Assembly: GCA_003209955.1 (NCBI GenBank)
Contig: QCOD01000002.1
Span: forward strand, 603 to 64,602
Source of the DNA: OCS116 cluster bacterium AG-430-B22
GTDB lineage: Bacteria > Pseudomonadota > Alphaproteobacteria > MED-G09
Length of the DNA: 64,000 nucleotides
Reading direction: 5' to 3'
In this document: in pieces, positions 39,072 to 49,375 of the stretch
Layout of the letters: each line of letters opens with the position of its first letter
How positions within the stretch are numbered: the first letter of the stretch is position 1
Made by a program: the position numbers and the translations under genes
The notes under the pieces: model-generated
What the model was told of the DNA's origin: nothing
Database searches by the model: none
What the model saw: the letters and a program-made list of their open reading frames with translations, nothing else

Positions 39072-40561
39072 TTCACTGTATGTTGTTCAATAAATTTATT
39101 AGCTGATTTATATATTTTTTCTTTTCTTTCAGATTTTATTTTATCTAACGATCTTACTACTAATGACAATCTTGGGTTAGAGCTAAAAAACTGTCTATGG
39201 TCATCAATAAATTTCCAGTAAAGCCCATCTAATGTGTCACACCATTCGTCTTTCTTAAAATTACTCATTTTAAGTATATAATTTGATCCGCAAATATATG
39301 GTTTTGTTGACATTAATCCTCCATCCGAAAAAGTACTCATACCATATACATTAGGACCCATTACCCAATCAGAAGAATCAACGGACATTTCCATAAACCA
39401 ATTATATATTTCTTTAGGATTTACTCTGCACAAATTCATTATATTTGAAATTACCATTAATCTATTGATGTGATGGGTGTATCCATAATTGATACAATCA
39501 CTAATTGCTTTATCTAAAGGGACGATACCAGTTGAACCATCATACCAAGAAGATTTGAGCTTTCTCTCATTTGAAAAAAAATTTGAATTCTCTTGCTCAT
39601 CACTCTTCAACTCATAGACAACTTTGATGAATTCTCTCCAGCCTAAAATTTGCCTAACAAAACCTTCAAGGGAATTTAATGGTATTGATTTATCTTTTGC
39701 ATATTTTATAGCCTCATTTAGAATTTCATTAGGTAGTAAAAGACCGATATTCATTAAAGGGCTTATAACTGAGTGAAATAAAAAAATCTCATCTGAATCT
39801 ATAGCGTCTTCATAATCTCCAAATTTTGAAAATCTTAATTTCAAAAAGTTTTTGAACCATTTTTGTGCTTCTTTTCTATTTGTGGGAAGCCATATTGTTT
39901 GTAATTTACCAGGGTGATTACTAAAAAGATTATTTACTAATCTCTGAATGTATTCAAAGTTATTAGATGCATCTACTTTTGGTAAATCAATAATTTTAGT
40001 ATCTTTAGGGAGTTTCTTTCTATTCTCTTCATCAAAAGACCACTTACCTCCTATTGGTTTACCTTCATTATCAATAAGAATATTAAATTTTCTTCTCATT
40101 TTTTGATAAAATGATGCCATGAACAATCTTTTATTAGATATTACATCTTCATAATCTTCATGATTTATCAAAAACATTGGACTCCTTAAGATCGAGTATT
40201 TGATTTTATTTTTTTCTAAATAATTTAATAATTCATTTCGAAATAATTTATCTGGAATTTCATAAAACTTAACTTCATTAATATCTTGTTCATGAATTAC
40301 TTTATCTAGTTTTTCTATGTATGTTAATTTTTTGTATTTGCTATCAATTTCTTGATAAAAAACATTATATTGGTTTGCAGATAATTCATCTCTGTAATCT
40401 CGCATTGCTGTTAGAAAGAAAGCAATTTTCTGCTTATGATGCTTAATATATGTACATAAACCGATATCTTCAGCCATAAAAATATTGTCACAACCTATTG
40501 TTTTCAATTTGTTCATAGGAAATAGTTGATTTCCTAAAATAATCAAAAGTTCCTTTTTCAT
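39068..40561 (-). CDS. Bacterial (6-4) photolyase / PhrB-CryB family protein, apparently lacking the 4Fe-4S cluster
   Basis: IILGNQLF, HKQKIAFF..AMR, GWREF, YTHHINRLMV, TKPY. The PhrB-type cysteine cluster is mostly absent. Confidence 0.88.
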   Translation of the reverse strand: MKKELLIILGNQLFPMNKLKTIGCDNIFMAEDIGLCTYIKHHKQKIAFFLTAMRDYRDELSANQYNVFYQEIDSKYKKLTYIEKLDKVIHEQDINEVKFYEIPDKLFRNELLNYLEKNKIKYSILRSPMFLINHEDYEDVISNKRLFMASFYQKMRRKFNILIDNEGKPIGGKWSFDEENRKKLPKDTKIIDLPKVDASNNFEYIQRLVNNLFSNHPGKLQTIWLPTNRKEAQKWFKNFLKLRFSKFGDYEDAIDSDEIFLFHSVISPLMNIGLLLPNEILNEAIKYAKDKSIPLNSLEGFVRQILGWREFIKVVYELKSDEQENSNFFSNERKLKSSWYDGSTGIVPLDKAISDCINYGYTHHINRLMVISNIMNLCRVNPKEIYNWFMEMSVDSSDWVMGPNVYGMSTFSDGGLMSTKPYICGSNYILKMSNFKKDEWCDTLDGLYWKFIDDHRQFFSSNPRLSLVVRSLDKIKSERKEKIYKSANKFIEQHTVK

Positions 40562-41964
40562 GACTTATTTTTTATTGTTTCAAAAGCTTTTAAAGCAATA
40601 CTTCTGGATTCCTTGATATCAACAATTGGCAAAGGGTAATCTTTTCCTAATTCTAAATCGGCCTCATTTAAAATATCCGAAGATGCCTCCCATGGATTAA
40701 AAAGATATTTATTTGGTAATTTTGACAATTCTGGAATCCATTTTTTTGTATAAATGCCATCTTCGTCAAAATTTTGTCCTTGGGTTATGGGGTTAAAGAT
40801 ACGAAAGTATGGTGCAGCATCAGCTCCGCTTCCAGCAATCCACTGCCAGCCAGCAGTGTTATTAGCCTTATCTGCATCAACGAGACAGTTGTTAAACCAA
40901 GCATGTCCATAATGCCAATGAATTAATAAATTTTTAACTAAGAAAGATCCGACAACCATTCTTACCCTATTATGCATATAACCTGTTTCCCACAACTCTC
41001 TCATGCCAGCGTCAATAATTGGATATCCTGTAGAACCTCTCTGCCAAGCCTGTAAATATTCCAAATTATTTGTCCACGGAAAATTATCAAATTTCTTATT
41101 AAGGTTTTCTTTTTCAATAAACGGGAAGTGATAAAGTAAATAATAAGAGAACTCTCTCCATCCTAATTCACTACAAAAATGATCTATATTCCTATCTTCT
41201 TTTAGTGACCTAGCGGCATACCAGATCTGATTAGGAGATATCTCTCCAAACCTAATATGAGGTGATAACCTAGAGACATTTTTTTTAGAAGGAAAATTTC
41301 TTCCATCTTTATAATCATCGATGCCATCTTCGAGAAATAAAGATAGTTTTTTTTGAGCTGCTTTTTCGCCAATATCCCAATGTTCATTAAGTTTATCATA
41401 CCAGTTAAAACCATTTATAAGATTTAAGGATTTAATATCCTTTGAACCATTAATTTTAAAATAATTAATCTGATTTGGTTGGGGTAATGGAAATCTTGGT
41501 TCCTTTTGATTCAAGCAACCCTTTCTATAAAATGGAGAAAATACTCTATAAGGGGATCCGTCTGGCTTTGCAACTTGCCACGGCTCCCATAAAAGTAATG
41601 AATTAAATGTTTTAACTTCAATATTATTTTCTTCTAAATATAATTTTAGATCTTTATCTCTTTGAATAGAATATGGGTCATACGATCGATTCCAATAAAC
41701 ACCTTGAATGTCATTTTTTGAAATAATTGAAGTAATAATGTCTTTATAATCGCCCTTAAAAAAATAAAGGTTGTTATCTAAAGATTTTTTTAATTTTTCT
41801 AATGATTTTTGTAACCACCAGTTTTGAGCAGAATCAGTATGTAAGTCAGTCTCATCAACAATATAAATTGGAATAATATTACCAGCCTTAGATGCTTCTG
41901 TAAGTGATGGATTATCAGATAAGCGAAGATCATTCTTAAATATGTGAATAATTCTCTTTGTCAT
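40558..41964 (-). CDS. phr: Deoxyribodipyrimidine (CPD) photolyase
   Basis: DLRLSDNPSL, SRLSPHIRFGEIS, WREF, TGYPIIDAGMRELWETGYMHNRVRM, GWQW. Confidence 0.93.
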   Translation of the reverse strand: MTKRIIHIFKNDLRLSDNPSLTEASKAGNIIPIYIVDETDLHTDSAQNWWLQKSLEKLKKSLDNNLYFFKGDYKDIITSIISKNDIQGVYWNRSYDPYSIQRDKDLKLYLEENNIEVKTFNSLLLWEPWQVAKPDGSPYRVFSPFYRKGCLNQKEPRFPLPQPNQINYFKINGSKDIKSLNLINGFNWYDKLNEHWDIGEKAAQKKLSLFLEDGIDDYKDGRNFPSKKNVSRLSPHIRFGEISPNQIWYAARSLKEDRNIDHFCSELGWREFSYYLLYHFPFIEKENLNKKFDNFPWTNNLEYLQAWQRGSTGYPIIDAGMRELWETGYMHNRVRMVVGSFLVKNLLIHWHYGHAWFNNCLVDADKANNTAGWQWIAGSGADAAPYFRIFNPITQGQNFDEDGIYTKKWIPELSKLPNKYLFNPWEASSDILNEADLELGKDYPLPIVDIKESRSIALKAFETIKNKS

Positions 41965-42674
41965 GCAGTAATTTCCTTACCCTCCCAATCAAAAATCTTA
42001 CCGGTGTCTTGAGGAGTTGTGCTATCTATAACCTTTGTTAAGTAATTAATGGACTGGGATGGTGTAAAAATCTTTCCTTTAGGCGTTCCTCCTTGAAAAG
42101 GTTTAGATAAATTTGTGTCGACAGTCCCAGGGTGAAGGCCTATTAATTTTGCAGTCTTATCCTTTCTTGCCAATTCAATTGCTGCAGTCTTAATTATCAT
42201 ATTGAGAGCCGCCTTTGAGGCTCTATAGGCATACCAACCTCCAATTCTATTATCAGATATACTACCTACTCTTGCAGATAAAATACCAATTAAGGCATTT
42301 TCATTCCTTCTAATAAGAGGAAAAAAAATCTTGAGGAGTAAAGCTGGTGCAAAAGCATTTACACTAAATATTTTTTGAAAATTATCTAAGTCTAAGGATG
42401 ATATTGTTTTTTCAGGCTGTAGATCATCATCATGAAGAATTCCAGATGCAATAATAACTTTATCTAAACTATTTTTTGGAATAAAGGATGAAAGCTTCGC
42501 ATAATCATTTTTATTAGTGAGATTTAGATCTAGATTGACAATTTTTTTATCTTCAACATTATTTTTAGATCTAGAAATAGAATACACTTTATCTGTAGTA
42601 TTATCAGATACATAGTATTCTAAGAAAGCTTTTCCGATAGAGCCAGTTGTTCCAATTATTGCTACATTTTGCAT
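41961..42674 (-). CDS. Short-chain dehydrogenase/reductase (C-factor-like)
   Basis: GTTGSIG, SARVGSISDNRIGGWYAYRASKAALNM, HPGTVDT. Confidence 0.9.
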   Translation of the reverse strand: MQNVAIIGTTGSIGKAFLEYYVSDNTTDKVYSISRSKNNVEDKKIVNLDLNLTNKNDYAKLSSFIPKNSLDKVIIASGILHDDDLQPEKTISSLDLDNFQKIFSVNAFAPALLLKIFFPLIRRNENALIGILSARVGSISDNRIGGWYAYRASKAALNMIIKTAAIELARKDKTAKLIGLHPGTVDTNLSKPFQGGTPKGKIFTPSQSINYLTKVIDSTTPQDTGKIFDWEGKEITA

Positions 42675-42721
42675 TGAAGGACCTTGAATAATCTATTTAT
42701 ATGGTAGTAAAAATTATTAAA

Positions 42722-43909
42722 TCAAGTATCTTGTTTATTCTCTAAAAGTAAGAGCATCATAGAGTCAGCAAGGTTTTTTGAGGAGTTAATTATAGTTTCT
42801 CTATCAGTGTTATCGCCAACCTCAAATGTAATTGCAGGTATGCCATATAAAGAATTAAAATAATTTTTTGCTACTCCATTATTGACATTTTTTGTAGGCT
42901 TAATTGTAAATTTATAATTACTTTTATCTGATAAATTTTTCAAAAGCCAAGCTTGAGCAAAATTATATCCGGCAGTCTCTGATTCATCCTGAATATAAAA
43001 AATATTTTTAAATGTAGAGTGAAAATCAATCATAAGAACAATTTTATTATCGTTTAAAATTTTTCTTATATCATCATAGATTATTGAAGTTTCTATTTGT
43101 GAAAAAAAACCCCAGTCTCTATTCAAATCTTTCTTTCTTAAATTATGCCTCCAATGACCTAAATCTACTCCATCTGGATTCACTAAAGGATAGCTTATAA
43201 TATTATAATTACTCAAAAAATCATTCGATAGAGCATTATCATCCAATATTTGCTCGATAAAAGCTTTTAAAGCAAATGCACCAGTAATTTCTGGAGGATG
43301 TTGTCTGCCAATTAATAAAATATATGGATTTTCTAAATCATTTCCTATTAAGATTTTATTAATTGAACGACCTACTGAAGTACTACCTAATTCAGATATA
43401 GTAACATTCTTAATATCTCTTATCATTTTATACCAAGTCTCATACCACACAGATGATAATATTTCCTGAGCAGAAATATATGTATAATCACTATTAGCCT
43501 TAAAAGTTAGAATAACTTTTTTGCCATTATCCTCTATCTTAATATTATCCATGTCGATTTTTTTCCAATTAATAAGGTCATTGCTTACCTTAGGATGGTA
43601 TCTGTGCTCAAATTTCTCATATAATAATTCTACATGAATTGCTTCCTTATGAGCTGACTTTCTAAAGGCAAACCAAGGGCTTGGATTAATAACAGAGTTA
43701 TCTTCTGGGCTTAAATATAATCTAATTGAATTTTCTTTTAAAACTTCACATTTTGAAAAATTTGATGATAAGAATTCGCGATCAATTTTGAAAATTTCTG
43801 TTTCACAATTCGATGGAGTTGCATTTAATGCGGTAAATAAAAGTATTACCAAAATAGGTAAAATGTTAACAAAATATTTAAGTACTGAATAATTTTGAAC
43901 TATTTTCAT
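42722..43909 (-). CDS. Secreted M14-family zinc carboxypeptidase
   Basis: Signal peptide, GRQHPPE, NPDG, DLNRDW, DFHST, TFEVGD. Confidence 0.85.
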   Translation of the reverse strand: MKIVQNYSVLKYFVNILPILVILLFTALNATPSNCETEIFKIDREFLSSNFSKCEVLKENSIRLYLSPEDNSVINPSPWFAFRKSAHKEAIHVELLYEKFEHRYHPKVSNDLINWKKIDMDNIKIEDNGKKVILTFKANSDYTYISAQEILSSVWYETWYKMIRDIKNVTISELGSTSVGRSINKILIGNDLENPYILLIGRQHPPEITGAFALKAFIEQILDDNALSNDFLSNYNIISYPLVNPDGVDLGHWRHNLRKKDLNRDWGFFSQIETSIIYDDIRKILNDNKIVLMIDFHSTFKNIFYIQDESETAGYNFAQAWLLKNLSDKSNYKFTIKPTKNVNNGVAKNYFNSLYGIPAITFEVGDNTDRETIINSSKNLADSMMLLLLENKQDT

Positions 43910-43911
43910 CT

Positions 43912-46900
43912 CTAGAAGTTATATTTGATATCAAAATAATAGTATCTACCTAAATTATCATGTAAATCAAAATAGTAACCAAAGATATCAGATGAAAGAG
44001 GTGCTCTTTCATCAAAAATATTATTAATACCAAATCTCAATCTTGTCTGATTTGAATTTCTGTTAATTGTATAATCTAAATATCCGCTGACTTTATTATA
44101 TTCATCAATTGTCCAGTACTCGCCATCTTTGGCTCTAACACGAGTTTGAACAAAATCGCCAGTATGTTTTAAAAATAAGCCAGCACCCCAATTATTTAAT
44201 TGCCATAAAAGTTTTAAATTGGCTTGAATTTCAGGAGATCCATCTTTTTTTAATAAATCAGAAAAGCCTTGAATTGATAATTCTGAAGGAACAATTCCTT
44301 GCTGCTGAGCTTCTAATAACTCAGATACATCTGGACCAGCTTTTTGAATAAATTTGTCAATCTTAGTAGCATTAACAGATATATTAAAGAATCCAAATCT
44401 AGATGAAAAATTATAATCAATACCCAAATCAAAGCCACTAATAATTCTTGTATCTAAGTTTCGATAAAAATCTTCTACCCTTGTTATCGCTCCAACTGGA
44501 CACAAACCCACATTCAAGAAAGATTCTGCCTCAGATGGATCAATACTTTCTCTAATTATATTTTCATTAAATTTAACATTTGAGCAGTTATTTATATCAT
44601 TACTATTTAAGCGTAAGATCAGGTCTGATAAGATTAAATTATTTTCTCCAAATAAACCTATAGTATCTTCTTTTTCAATTTCCCACCAATCAAGGGAGAA
44701 ATTCAAATTTTTTACAAAACTAGGGTTATAAATCAATCCTATTGAAGTATTTGTCGAATTCTCAGGCTTAAGTTTCTTACTGCCTTGGGCTACTCTTTGA
44801 ATAGAATAATCGCAGTCATCAATTTGACCTTGGGATCTTATCTGTTGAAGACATAAATATGCGTCATCTCTAGATAACTGTCTTGATACAATACTTTCAT
44901 TTATTTGTATTAAATTAGGAACTCTAAAACCCTTTGATAAACTGCCTCTTATAAATAAATCCTTAGTAACTTCCCATCCAATGGCTATTTTTGGTACTGA
45001 TTTTGAACCTATATCTGAGAAATCCTCATACCTACCAGCAATTTGTAAATTTAATGACCTTATTAAGGATATATTCATTTCCTCAGATACAAGAGGTACT
45101 AAAAATTCTGCATAAACAGAAAATACATCCCTTTTTCCAGAATTATCAGGTGTAGGACTAGAATTCATTACATCACTGACAAAAGGAAATGTATCGCCAT
45201 CTTTATCTGTATATTTTATAGTGCCATCTAATCTTGGATCCCTGTCATCTTCAAATTTATCTGATCTAAATTCTAAACCACCCGCAAAAGAAACCTTCCC
45301 TGATCTCAAAGAAAAAATAGAATTATTTATAATTTTAAAATCAACACTACTAAGTTCTCTTTCCCCTTTTCTATAAACATCAATAATTGCACTTTCTATT
45401 GCAGAATCTCTATTTGGGGTTCCGTCTTTTCCAGTTGAAATATAATTTATATAATTACCACCTCCGTTGAATGGGTTATAAGCATTCGGACTAGATAAAG
45501 CTAATGCTCTTTCAACAAGTGTATTTGATAACCTATTTGAAGTAATATCATCTGTATTAGCTTTTGAACTAAATATTGCAGTTTCCCAATTCCAATTTCT
45601 AAATTTACCCTTTAGTCCGAAAAGAATTCTATATGTATCCTTTTCAACATTTACTACTCTAGGACCTATATCAACATATCTATACCAATCAATAAGAATT
45701 GGTAAACCTTCATCGGGTATGCTCTGAGAAATATCCTGACCAGAAATATCATATGCGATACGATTTGGATTATTAGTGCCATCAGGAAAAGTAAGTGGAC
45801 CAAAAGGATTCCAATAGTTATTCGCTGGAACAATTATTCTAGATGTAGAAAAAGCTGCTGATGGACTGTTATTCTGGGTTGTATCAGATTTATAATAAAG
45901 AAAATCTGAAAAAAAACTTAGATTTTCATTTAAATCATAATCAAATGATATAGAAAGATTGTCTCTTTTAAGTTTAGAATAAATCCATCTTTCTGAATTC
46001 ATATTATATCTTTTTGTGGCTGTATCAGATGCAATACAAGATTCATCGCTAAGTTTAACTTTACATTTTGCATCGCCTGCGGGAAAAATTTCAAATTCAC
46101 CTGCACTATCAGTCAGGTTGTAAAGGTTGAAAAATTCATAATTGCTCACATTTGGTATGACATCAAACTGACCATAGGGTGAGTTCGTTGAATCTCTTCG
46201 AAATCTTGTGCTATCCCATTTTGTTCCAGAAATTTCGGGAAAATTACGCCAATCCGAGACACCCATTCTTTCGTCTTCACTGGCTATTATGGGATCTCTA
46301 TCATAAAAACTATAAAAAAGAGTAAGGTGACCTCTTCCTCCATTTACTTCTGAACCGTATTTGAATATGAACCTGTTGTCAGATCGAGCAAAATTTTCAA
46401 ACTCTGAATATTTAGCGCTTACAGAAAAACCTTCATAGTCTCTATCGAGAACAGTATTTACTACTCCGGCAACAGCATCAGCTCCATATATCGCAGATGC
46501 ACCATCCCTCAAAATCTCAAGTCTTTCAATACCACCTATTGGAAGAGTATTTGTGTTTACTGAATTTACTGGAATAAAACTTCCGCCTACAGATTCTGAT
46601 TGAAAACCTGGAGAGTTAATCATTCTTCTTCCATTTAATAATACCAAGGTATTACCGGTCCCTAAATTTCTAAGGTTATACGCACCAATATCTCCTCTTG
46701 CACTATTTACTCCGGCAATAGCATTTCCTGCATCGTTAAATTTATTCGTACCTTGCTGAATTATACTTCTAAGTAATTCATCGCCAGAATCAATTCCCAA
46801 AAGATCAATTGTCTCAGAATCGATATATGTCGCTGGCAATAGATTATTTATATTTTTATCAGATAACCTTGAACCAATAACAATAACTTCTTCAATTTCT

Positions 46901-46983
46901 TCAGTTTGGTTATTCTGTGATAAAGCATTGTCTTGAGATAAGACGAGAATGAAAGCTATTATTATATATCTATGTATGAGCAT
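43912..46983 (-). CDS. Large TonB-dependent receptor (1023 aa)
   Basis: EEVIVIGSR, NLRNLGTGNTLVLLNGRR, LEILRDGASAIYGADAVAGVVN, C-terminal F. Confidence 0.93.
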   Translation of the reverse strand: MLIHRYIIIAFILVLSQDNALSQNNQTEEIEEVIVIGSRLSDKNINNLLPATYIDSETIDLLGIDSGDELLRSIIQQGTNKFNDAGNAIAGVNSARGDIGAYNLRNLGTGNTLVLLNGRRMINSPGFQSESVGGSFIPVNSVNTNTLPIGGIERLEILRDGASAIYGADAVAGVVNTVLDRDYEGFSVSAKYSEFENFARSDNRFIFKYGSEVNGGRGHLTLFYSFYDRDPIIASEDERMGVSDWRNFPEISGTKWDSTRFRRDSTNSPYGQFDVIPNVSNYEFFNLYNLTDSAGEFEIFPAGDAKCKVKLSDESCIASDTATKRYNMNSERWIYSKLKRDNLSISFDYDLNENLSFFSDFLYYKSDTTQNNSPSAAFSTSRIIVPANNYWNPFGPLTFPDGTNNPNRIAYDISGQDISQSIPDEGLPILIDWYRYVDIGPRVVNVEKDTYRILFGLKGKFRNWNWETAIFSSKANTDDITSNRLSNTLVERALALSSPNAYNPFNGGGNYINYISTGKDGTPNRDSAIESAIIDVYRKGERELSSVDFKIINNSIFSLRSGKVSFAGGLEFRSDKFEDDRDPRLDGTIKYTDKDGDTFPFVSDVMNSSPTPDNSGKRDVFSVYAEFLVPLVSEEMNISLIRSLNLQIAGRYEDFSDIGSKSVPKIAIGWEVTKDLFIRGSLSKGFRVPNLIQINESIVSRQLSRDDAYLCLQQIRSQGQIDDCDYSIQRVAQGSKKLKPENSTNTSIGLIYNPSFVKNLNFSLDWWEIEKEDTIGLFGENNLILSDLILRLNSNDINNCSNVKFNENIIRESIDPSEAESFLNVGLCPVGAITRVEDFYRNLDTRIISGFDLGIDYNFSSRFGFFNISVNATKIDKFIQKAGPDVSELLEAQQQGIVPSELSIQGFSDLLKKDGSPEIQANLKLLWQLNNWGAGLFLKHTGDFVQTRVRAKDGEYWTIDEYNKVSGYLDYTINRNSNQTRLRFGINNIFDERAPLSSDIFGYYFDLHDNLGRYYYFDIKYNF

Positions 46984-47105
46984 ATTCTCTTTAATTAAGT
47001 GAAGTAAAAGTTTAACAATTAAATAAAGTAAATTTAAAAATAAAACTAGTCATATTAGATAATTTTTTAAGTGTATATTTGATATTATTATTTTATAAAA
47101 AAATT

Positions 47106-48240
47106 ATGAAATTTGAAGATTATCTGAACAAAATTAAGACTTTTACTGATGACATTCTCATTCCTAATGAAGAACAATTAGAAAATGATGGAGAAGTATC
47201 AACCTCAATCATGGAAAAGATTATAGAAAATGATCTTTTTGGTATTTCTATTCCAAAAAATTATGGTGGCCTAGGTTTAAGCATGAAAGAGCAAATTTTA
47301 CTTACATTCGAATTTACAAGAGCCTCAGCAGTCTACAGATCACGTTTTTCTACAACAATAGGTCTTTGCTCACAGGCTTTACTTGATTTTGGAACTGATA
47401 AACAAAAAGATAAATATTTACCCTTAATGGCATCTGGAAAGACAGTTGGATCATTTGCTCTAACAGAGCCTAATGCCGGGAGCGATGCTTTATCGCTCGA
47501 AACATCTGCAAAAAAAAGATGGGGAAGAATATATTATTAATGGAACAAAAAAATATATAACCAATGCTCCTTATGCTGATGTTTTTCTAGTAATGGCAAA
47601 AACTAATCCTGATATTGATGGCTCTAAAGGAATATCTTCATTTCTTGTAGATTCAAATTTAAGCGGGATTGAAATAGGTGAAACTCCTAAAATGCTGGGA
47701 CAAAAAGGTTCAGTATCTCCTGAAGTGTACTTTAAGAATTGTAGGGTAAATAAAGATGCATTACTTGGAGAAAAGGAAGGCGAAGGCCTCAAACCTGCTC
47801 TTAGAGGTATTAATCATGCTAGATTACATGTAGCAGGAACATGTGTTGGACAGGCAAAAAGACTCATTAAAGAGTCTATTTTATTTGCAAATAATAGAAT
47901 TCAATTTAATAAACCAATTTCTCAAATGGCATCTGTACAAAATCTAATTTCTGACAGTTATTCAGAAATGTTAGCTGCCGAGGCACTAACTCTTAGTGCA
48001 GCAAAAAAATTTGATAAAGGGATTATTCCCGAAACCGAAATATCATCAGCAAAATATTATGCTTCTGAAATGGTTTCTAAAGTTGCAGATCGATCATTGC
48101 AAATTATGGGTGGCGCAGGTTATTTAGAGGATAATGTTATTACAAGGTTTTATAGAGATACGAGATTGTTTAGACTTTACGAAGGAACTTCTCAAATTCA
48201 ACAAAGAAATATAGCCAGAAAGATTATTAAAGAAATATGA
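47106..48240 (+). pseudogene. Acyl-CoA dehydrogenase split by a +1 frameshift in an A8 run (or a sequencing error)
   Basis: The N-terminal half (FALTEPNAGSDA) and C-terminal half (INGTKKYITNAP...RLYEGTSQIQ) are in different frames. Removing one A at 47510-47517 joins them as ...SAKK-DGEEYII... Confidence 0.75.
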
Positions 48241-49235
48241 AAAAAATTAAAGATATTCAGGATTTAGTTGGTGATACTCCTTTGATAAGGCTAAAAGGGC
48301 CTTCCGAAGAAACTGGTTGTGAAATTTTTGGTAAAGCTGAGTTTTTCAATCCTGGACAATCTATTAAGGATAGAGCTGCTCTTCATATAATTAAAGATGC
48401 TGAAAGAAATGGTTTATTAAAAAAAGGCGGAACGATAGTAGAGGGAACTGCAGGCAATACTGGTATCGGATTATCTATAATTGGTAATGCCCTTGGATAT
48501 AAAACAGTAATCGTTATTCCTGAAACTCAAACGCAAGAAAAAAAAGATGCAATCCGATTTACTGGAGCTGAATTAATTGAAGTTCCAGCTGTACCATATA
48601 CAGATGAAAATAATTATATTAAATACTCAGGTAGATTAGCAAAAGATCTAGATAAAAAACTTAAAAATGGAGCATATTGGGCAAATCAATTTGATAATGT
48701 AGCAAATAAAGAAGCCCATATTAAAACAACAGGTCCAGAAATATGGAAACAAACTAATGGAAATGTCGATGGGTTTGTTTGCGCTATTGGAACTGGAGGT
48801 ACTTTATCGGGAATAAGTCAGTACCTTAAATCTAAAAATCCAGAAATTTCTATCGGTTTAGCAGATCCTCATGGTGCAAGTATGTATAATTATTTCAAAA
48901 ATGGTGAACTTAAAGCAGAGGGAAGCTCCATAACTGAGGGAATAGGTCAGGGGCGGATTACAAAAAATGTTGAAGGAAGTATTATTGATTTTCCTTATTT
49001 GATCGATGATGCTGAAGCATTAGAGATTGTATTTACATTAATAGAAAAGGAAGGACTATTTTTAGGTTTATCATCCGGTATAAATATAGCTGGAGCAAAA
49101 CGATTAGCAAAAGACTTAGGAAAAGGTAGCACAATAGTAACTATCCTATGTGATCTAGCAGATAGATACAAAGGGAAGATGTTTAATATTAAATTCTTAA
49201 AAGAGAATGATCTACCAATTCCAGAATGGTTATGA
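48237..49235 (+). CDS. cysK: Cysteine synthase A
   Basis: KAEFFNPGQSIKDR (PLP lysine), EGTAGNTGIG, GTGGT, EGIG. Confidence 0.93.
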   Translation: MKKIKDIQDLVGDTPLIRLKGPSEETGCEIFGKAEFFNPGQSIKDRAALHIIKDAERNGLLKKGGTIVEGTAGNTGIGLSIIGNALGYKTVIVIPETQTQEKKDAIRFTGAELIEVPAVPYTDENNYIKYSGRLAKDLDKKLKNGAYWANQFDNVANKEAHIKTTGPEIWKQTNGNVDGFVCAIGTGGTLSGISQYLKSKNPEISIGLADPHGASMYNYFKNGELKAEGSSITEGIGQGRITKNVEGSIIDFPYLIDDAEALEIVFTLIEKEGLFLGLSSGINIAGAKRLAKDLGKGSTIVTILCDLADRYKGKMFNIKFLKENDLPIPEWL

Positions 49236-49236
49236 G

Positions 49237-49365
49237 ATGATAGCAACTATTAGAGATTTTTGTAGAAGATACTTTTGGCTATGGATTATTTACCAAGCTA
49301 TAAAAGGATTTATTACAACATCGTTAATATGGGTTCCTTTACTATTTGTATGGTTATCAAATTGA
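49237..49365 (+). CDS. Small hydrophobic protein (42 aa, absent from the ORF track)
   Basis: MIATIRDFCRRYFWLWIIYQAIKGFITTSLIWVPLLFVWLSN. It fills the gap between cysK and the next gene, starting 1 nt after the cysK stop. Confidence 0.7.
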   Translation: MIATIRDFCRRYFWLWIIYQAIKGFITTSLIWVPLLFVWLSN

Positions 49366-49375
49366 TGGTTGAAAA

